From assembly GCA_965235115.1 (NCBI GenBank), contig OZ249436.1, forward strand, positions 17,176,001 to 17,240,000: a stretch of 64,000 bases of DNA, written 5' to 3'. The notes beneath the pieces were generated by a model. The model did not search any database. It saw nothing but the letters and a program-made list of their open reading frames with translations, and was not told where the DNA came from. This DNA comes from Laetmonice hystrix (lineage: Eukaryota). Positions 59,415-64,000 of this stretch are shown in pieces (position 1 is the first letter of the stretch; every line of letters begins with the position of its first letter). A program made the translations under genes and the position numbers.

Positions 59415-61110
59415 CTTAACCCTAACCCCTAGTCACTGCACATAGACCTCAGTAAACTTATCCCTATCTCTGCCGTTTACTCCCAACACCACACCTAACC
59501 CTAACCCCGAGTCACGGTCCATAGACATGAGAAAACTTATCCGTATCTGACGTTTACTCCCAACACCACACCTAACCCTAACCCCGAGTCACGGTCCACA
59601 GACCTGAGAAAACTTATCCCTATCTCTGCCGTTTACTCCCAACACCACACCTAACCCTAAGCTAACCCCGAGTCACGGTCCATAGACCTCAGAAAACGTA
59701 TCCGTATCTCTGCCGTTTACTCCCAACACCACACCCAACCCTAACCCCGAGTCCTGGCCCATAGACCTGAGAAAACTTATCCCTATCTCTGCCGTTTACT
59801 CCCAACACCATATGACCCAGAGTCATGGTCCATAGACCTCAGTAAACTTATCCCTATATCTGCCGTTTACTCCCAACACCACATCTAACCCTAACCCCGA
59901 GTCACGGTCCATAGACCTGAGAAAACTTATCCCTATCTCTGCCGTTTACTCCCAACAGCACACCTAACCCTAACCCCGAGTTACAGTCCATAGACCTCAG
60001 TAAACTTATCCCTATCTCTGCCGTTTACTCCCAACACCACATCTAACCCTAACCCCGAGTCATGGTCCATAGACCTGAGAAAACTTATCCCTATCTCTGC
60101 CGTTTACTCCCAACACCACACCTAACCCTAACCCCGAGTCACAGTCCATAGACCTGAGAAAACTTATCCCTATCTCTGCCGTTTACTCCCAACACCACAA
60201 CTAACCCTAACCCCGAGTCACAGTCCATAGACCTGAGAAAACTTATCCCTATCTCTGCCGTTTACTCCCAACACCACACCTAACCCTAACCCCGAGTTAC
60301 AGTCCATAGACCTCAGTAAACTTATCCCTGTCTCTGCCGTTTACTCCCAACACCACATCTAACCCCGAGTCATGGTCCATAGACCTATGAAAACTTATCT
60401 CTATCTTTGCCGTTTACTCCCAACACCACACCTAAACCTAACCTGAGTCATGGTCCATAGACCTCAGTAAACTTATCCCTATCTCTGCCGTTTACTCCCA
60501 ACACCACACCTAACCCTAACCCGGAGTCACGGTCCATAGACTTGAGAAAACTTATCCGTATCTGCCGTTTACTCCCAACACCACACCTAACCCTAAGCTA
60601 ACCCCGAGTCACGGTCCATAGACCTGAGAAAACTTATCTCTATCTCTGCCGTTTACTCCCAACACCACACCTAACCCTAACCCCGAGTCACGGTCCACAG
60701 ACCTGAGAAAACTTATCTCTATCTCTGCCGTTTACTCCCAACACCACACCTAACCCTAACCCCGAGTCACGGTCCATAGACCTGAGAAAACCTATCCCTA
60801 TCTCTGCCGTTTACTCCCAACACCACACCTAACCCTAACCCCGAGTCACGGTCCATAGACCTGAGAAAACCTATCCCTATTTCTGCCGTTTACTCCCAAC
60901 ACCACACCTAACTCTAACCCCGAGTCACGGTCCATAGACTTGAGAAAACTTATCCGTATCTGACGTTTACTCCCAACACCACACCTAACCCTAACCCCGA
61001 GTCACGGTCCACAGACCTGAGAAAACTTATCCCTATCTCTGCCGTTTACTCCCAACACCACACCTAAACCTAACCTGAGTCATGGTCCATAGACGGTAAG
61101 ACCTGAGGAA
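59415..61110. repeat. Satellite, 79-bp unit with embedded (TAACCC)2, in the last NudE intron
   Basis: About 21 copies; gtttactccc recurs at 60181 and 60260. Confidence 0.95.
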
Positions 61111-61357
61111 ACTTATCCCTGCACTTCACTCAGAATAACCCAGTACAAGCATGCCGAGTGACATTCAAAGTGACATGTGAGTGACAGCAACAGCGACATA
61201 AGCTCAGGTTACATGGCACAACAAGCATCGAGTAGACAACAGAAAATAAACTGGGGTGAGCACACACAAAACACATACTGAGGGGGCGGGATGGGACTTT
61301 ATTTTACATGCACTTTATTTCAATAATTTTTGTGGACTCTGACAGCATCAGAATTAA

Positions 61358-61844
61358 CTTTTTGGGGCTGTTTTGGCTGCTTTTCAAAACTATTTATTGA
61401 TAATGATGTAAGTAGGAAAGCGACAACTCGTCATGTGGTTGAAATTTTCAGAAACCTGATGCGATTATTCTTATAAGATAAAGACTGAAATTTTTACAGG
61501 AAAAAGACCCTTGTTCAACTTTTGGTTACCATTATATCAAAACTTCTTTATGCAACAGATTGTCTTTCTATTATGAGACATAAATTGGGTGCAGAAAACC
61601 ACATAAAAATAGTTGACTATGGATACAGTAGTGGTGATACACATAATGAGTCTGCCGCTTGACAGTCATATATTGGTAAACACAACTGTGCCTAGTACAA
61701 AATAAGGCTGGCGAGGATAATATAAATAAAACGTCTGAATGTGTTTTTAAAAAAACATATATATAAAAAGGGCATGGTTTATTTGGTATAATGTCACAAC
61801 CTGTTGGTGCGAGCTCCGTAGCGCAGGTGTTCACCTCTGAAGAG
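61358..61844. mobile_element. Possible piggyBac-like MITE
   Basis: TTAA|CTTTTTGGGG ... CCTCTGAAGAG|TTAA; degenerate ends. Confidence 0.35.
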
Positions 61845-62434
61845 TTAAAAAAAAATTTACGGAGATGAGATTACAGGGAATGAATCCAATCACAATGAAC
61901 ACCAGGCCCGCAACTGGAGGCCTTAGTTATAACCTCTATGTCTACATGAACAAGCCTTTTTTCTCTGGGTCTTTGGTTATGATTGACGTATCACGAGCCG
62001 GCGTTCAGGGGTAGAGACGAGAACGTTTTAACAGGAGAAGCAGGAAGCGGGGAGATTTATGGCCGAAGGACAGCCAAGAGAGTTTGTCCTTACAGTCACC
62101 ATGTGTTTGCCAAGTGTTTACCAAATGAACAACGCCTCAGTGTGATCAGTAACCTGTAAGAGAATCCTACTCTGGTGCCTCCCTGGTCTGAGAAACCCGA
62201 TCCTAACCTTCTCCCCCTCTCCCCGGCCATAATGTGCGCCTGTATTGTCATGCTGGAAGCTTAAACAACATGCTTGAATCCAATCCAGAATGTCGGATGT
62301 CAATCACTCTTGCTGTTCATCACAGGCCTGGGATCAGCTATCATTGGAGCCAAGGTCAAGTCAGAGGTTCGCATACGTGCCACCAGGGGGCCAATTCTTA
62401 ATGCCGCAGACTGCCACTAGGGGGATGCAAGTAC

Positions 62435-62514
62435 CTGGTCAAACGCCATCAGGGCCGACGGTTTTGGTCGACCCCTGGCTGAGGAATGATGGGAATTTCA
62501 GGAATTCAGGCCAG
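62435..62514 (-). CDS. NDE1: Candidate NudE cassette exon giving an alternative C-terminus (SWPEFLKFPSFLSQGSTKTVGPDGV*)
   Basis: Strong acceptor ctaccctctcctccag, phase 2; TGA at 62439-62441, then CCAG|gtactt donor. Confidence 0.5.
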
Positions 62515-63037
62515 CTGGAGGAGAGGGTAGAATGTGTGAGTAACAATGAGGACGGATCGGGTTAACACGATCCAGCCTTACTTGTCAATCTACATTAACA
62601 GGCTTCTTACTACTGTACCACAAAACGTTATTTCACCCAAGGAGGGTTTCTGAAAACCTCAGGTAGAAAATATGAGGTTGGTTTCAAATAAATTCTTTTG
62701 CAGGTACGTTTCTTCATTCACCTTTTGTAGCACATCATTTCTGTTAGTGGAGGTCAATAAGGAATGACAGAGTTTACAAAGTCTTGTGATTACAGGCACG
62801 ATCTGACATTGAGAGAGTGAGACAGACTGTCGGTCACATAGCTTACATTGAATACATAAACTAACCACCTTATATTATGGTTGTCTAACTAAGTGACACA
62901 ACTGTTGGAGTTGGTTTATCTTTGAGTTTCCCACAGCCTTCAGGTAAAAGCACACATGGAGGAGGATGCTGGAGCACAAAGCTATTCAAAGTTATCCACC
63001 AGTGTACGGGTTATGTTTGGAGTCGGGTGAGACGTAC

Positions 63038-63132
63038 CTTGGAGAGTTGAGTGGACTGGATGATCCAGTCTTGTTTGGCCGTGGCTGGTCCTTTACAAAG
63101 TTACGACAAGATGCTAGCTTAGACTCCAATGC
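63038..63132 (-). CDS. NDE1: NudE exon (ALESKLASCRNFVKDQPRPNKTGSSSPLNSP)
   Basis: ttgcag acceptor, AG|gtacgt donor; ALESKLAxCRNF is the NUDE C-terminal helix. Confidence 0.92.
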
Positions 63133-63562
63133 CTGCAATGCACAAAGCCATCAAGAAAATCTATATACTATCAGAAATTACTAAATTAATTTGAGTATTT
63201 TTACTGGTATATTTTTGTTCAGGTTCTCTCTCTATTCTCAATTCCTTCATGCAGATGTTTCCAAAACATTTAAATACATCTTGCCACTTGCTCGCCTCTT
63301 CGTTGATACATGAACCACATTCCAGGCGTACAATCAAATCAAAAGTCGTGTGGTGGATGACCCGTCGATCAAATAAAAAAAATAATTGAAACTGAAAGAG
63401 TTGGAAGCAGCTGTGTCTGTAATTGAATGAAATCTGTTTGCACTATACCTGAATATAACAGGTTGTTATGGTTAGAGAGTCCAAATTTTCCTGTACTGAC
63501 AACATTTTTGTTTTTAATAGATACAGTAAGTGTTCAATCTGTGTGGTGGTAGCTGTACTCAC

Positions 63563-63654
63563 CCCAACCTTCCGAAGAAGGTCGCCGACGATGTTGAGGG
63601 CCGATATCCTCGCAGAGGGTGTGATTGGGGTACCGGAACCGCTATGTGTGAGAA
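63563..63654 (-). CDS. NDE1: NudE exon ([30 protein letters not shown])
   Basis: gacag acceptor, GGG|gtgagt donor; [20 protein letters not shown] is diagnostic of NDE1/NDEL1. Confidence 0.95.
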
Positions 63655-63881
63655 CTGTCACATAAACAGAACATATAGCAATTACATAACGTAGAAATTA
63701 TTTTGTTATATAACAATCAATCTATGCATCCAAACCTCCATGGACGAACCTCATAAATTATTGAATGAATTAAAAAAACTTATATCAGAACTCATAGAGT
63801 TGAGCTTACTCAAGAGTGGTAATTTTCGGCAAACCCTGCCCCTCTACCTGTACGATTGACTGATACTTATACGGTACTTAC

Positions 63882-64000
63882 TTTTGGCTGGTGTGGCTGG
63901 AGGCGTGTGGAAGTCACCGTCAGCCAGTCGGTTTGAGTCAACAGGGACTTCATTATCTACACGTTCATTGTCCACAGATTTCTGTTGCTGAGGTGGCTCT
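63882..64000 (-). CDS. NDE1: NudE exon, 5'-truncated by the window edge (EPPQQQKSVDNERV...TPPATPAK)
   Basis: Open frame ending A|gtaagt, phase 1, matching the next exon; Pro/Thr-rich linker. Confidence 0.8.

Noticed and set aside
59415..61110. True telomere or chromosome-fusion site
   Set aside because: Hexamers occur only as doublets inside a longer unit within an intron.
62098..62153. Another alternative NudE terminal exon (cttacag acceptor)
   Set aside because: Plausible AG but no further support; left uncalled.
1..64000. tRNA, rRNA or snRNA genes
   Set aside because: None recognised by eye; tRNAscan-SE or Infernal would be needed to exclude them.

Overview
Eukaryotic (invertebrate animal) genomic DNA: intron-rich, with many poly-G/C tracts, minisatellites and MITEs; no prokaryotic features. 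Protein-coding content: (1) the last exons of an axonemal dynein intermediate chain gene (DNAI2-like, +, 2633-4684); (2) a decayed Ty3/Gypsy LTR-retrotransposon pol region (6246-~8660) followed by an apparently spliced small transmembrane ORF that is interrupted by a MITE; (3) a complete 17-exon (plus one candidate 27-nt microexon) kinesin-8 KIF19 gene on the - strand (ATG 42293, stop 14794, about 1010 aa, all intron phases consistent); (4) the 3' exons of a NudE (NDE1/NDEL1) gene on the - strand, with a candidate stop-containing cassette exon. The most unusual features are minisatellites built from KIF19 exon/intron junctions that multiply splice sites (one set in frame), the spliced Cys/polybasic TM ORF in the Gypsy tail, foldback elements with telomere-like cores (one with a 6-bp TSD), a 37-bp perfect palindrome with a 7-bp TSD, and RFX/FOXJ1-type motifs in a cilia/microtubule-motor gene neighbourhood. 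All homology calls come from recalled motifs, not database searches.
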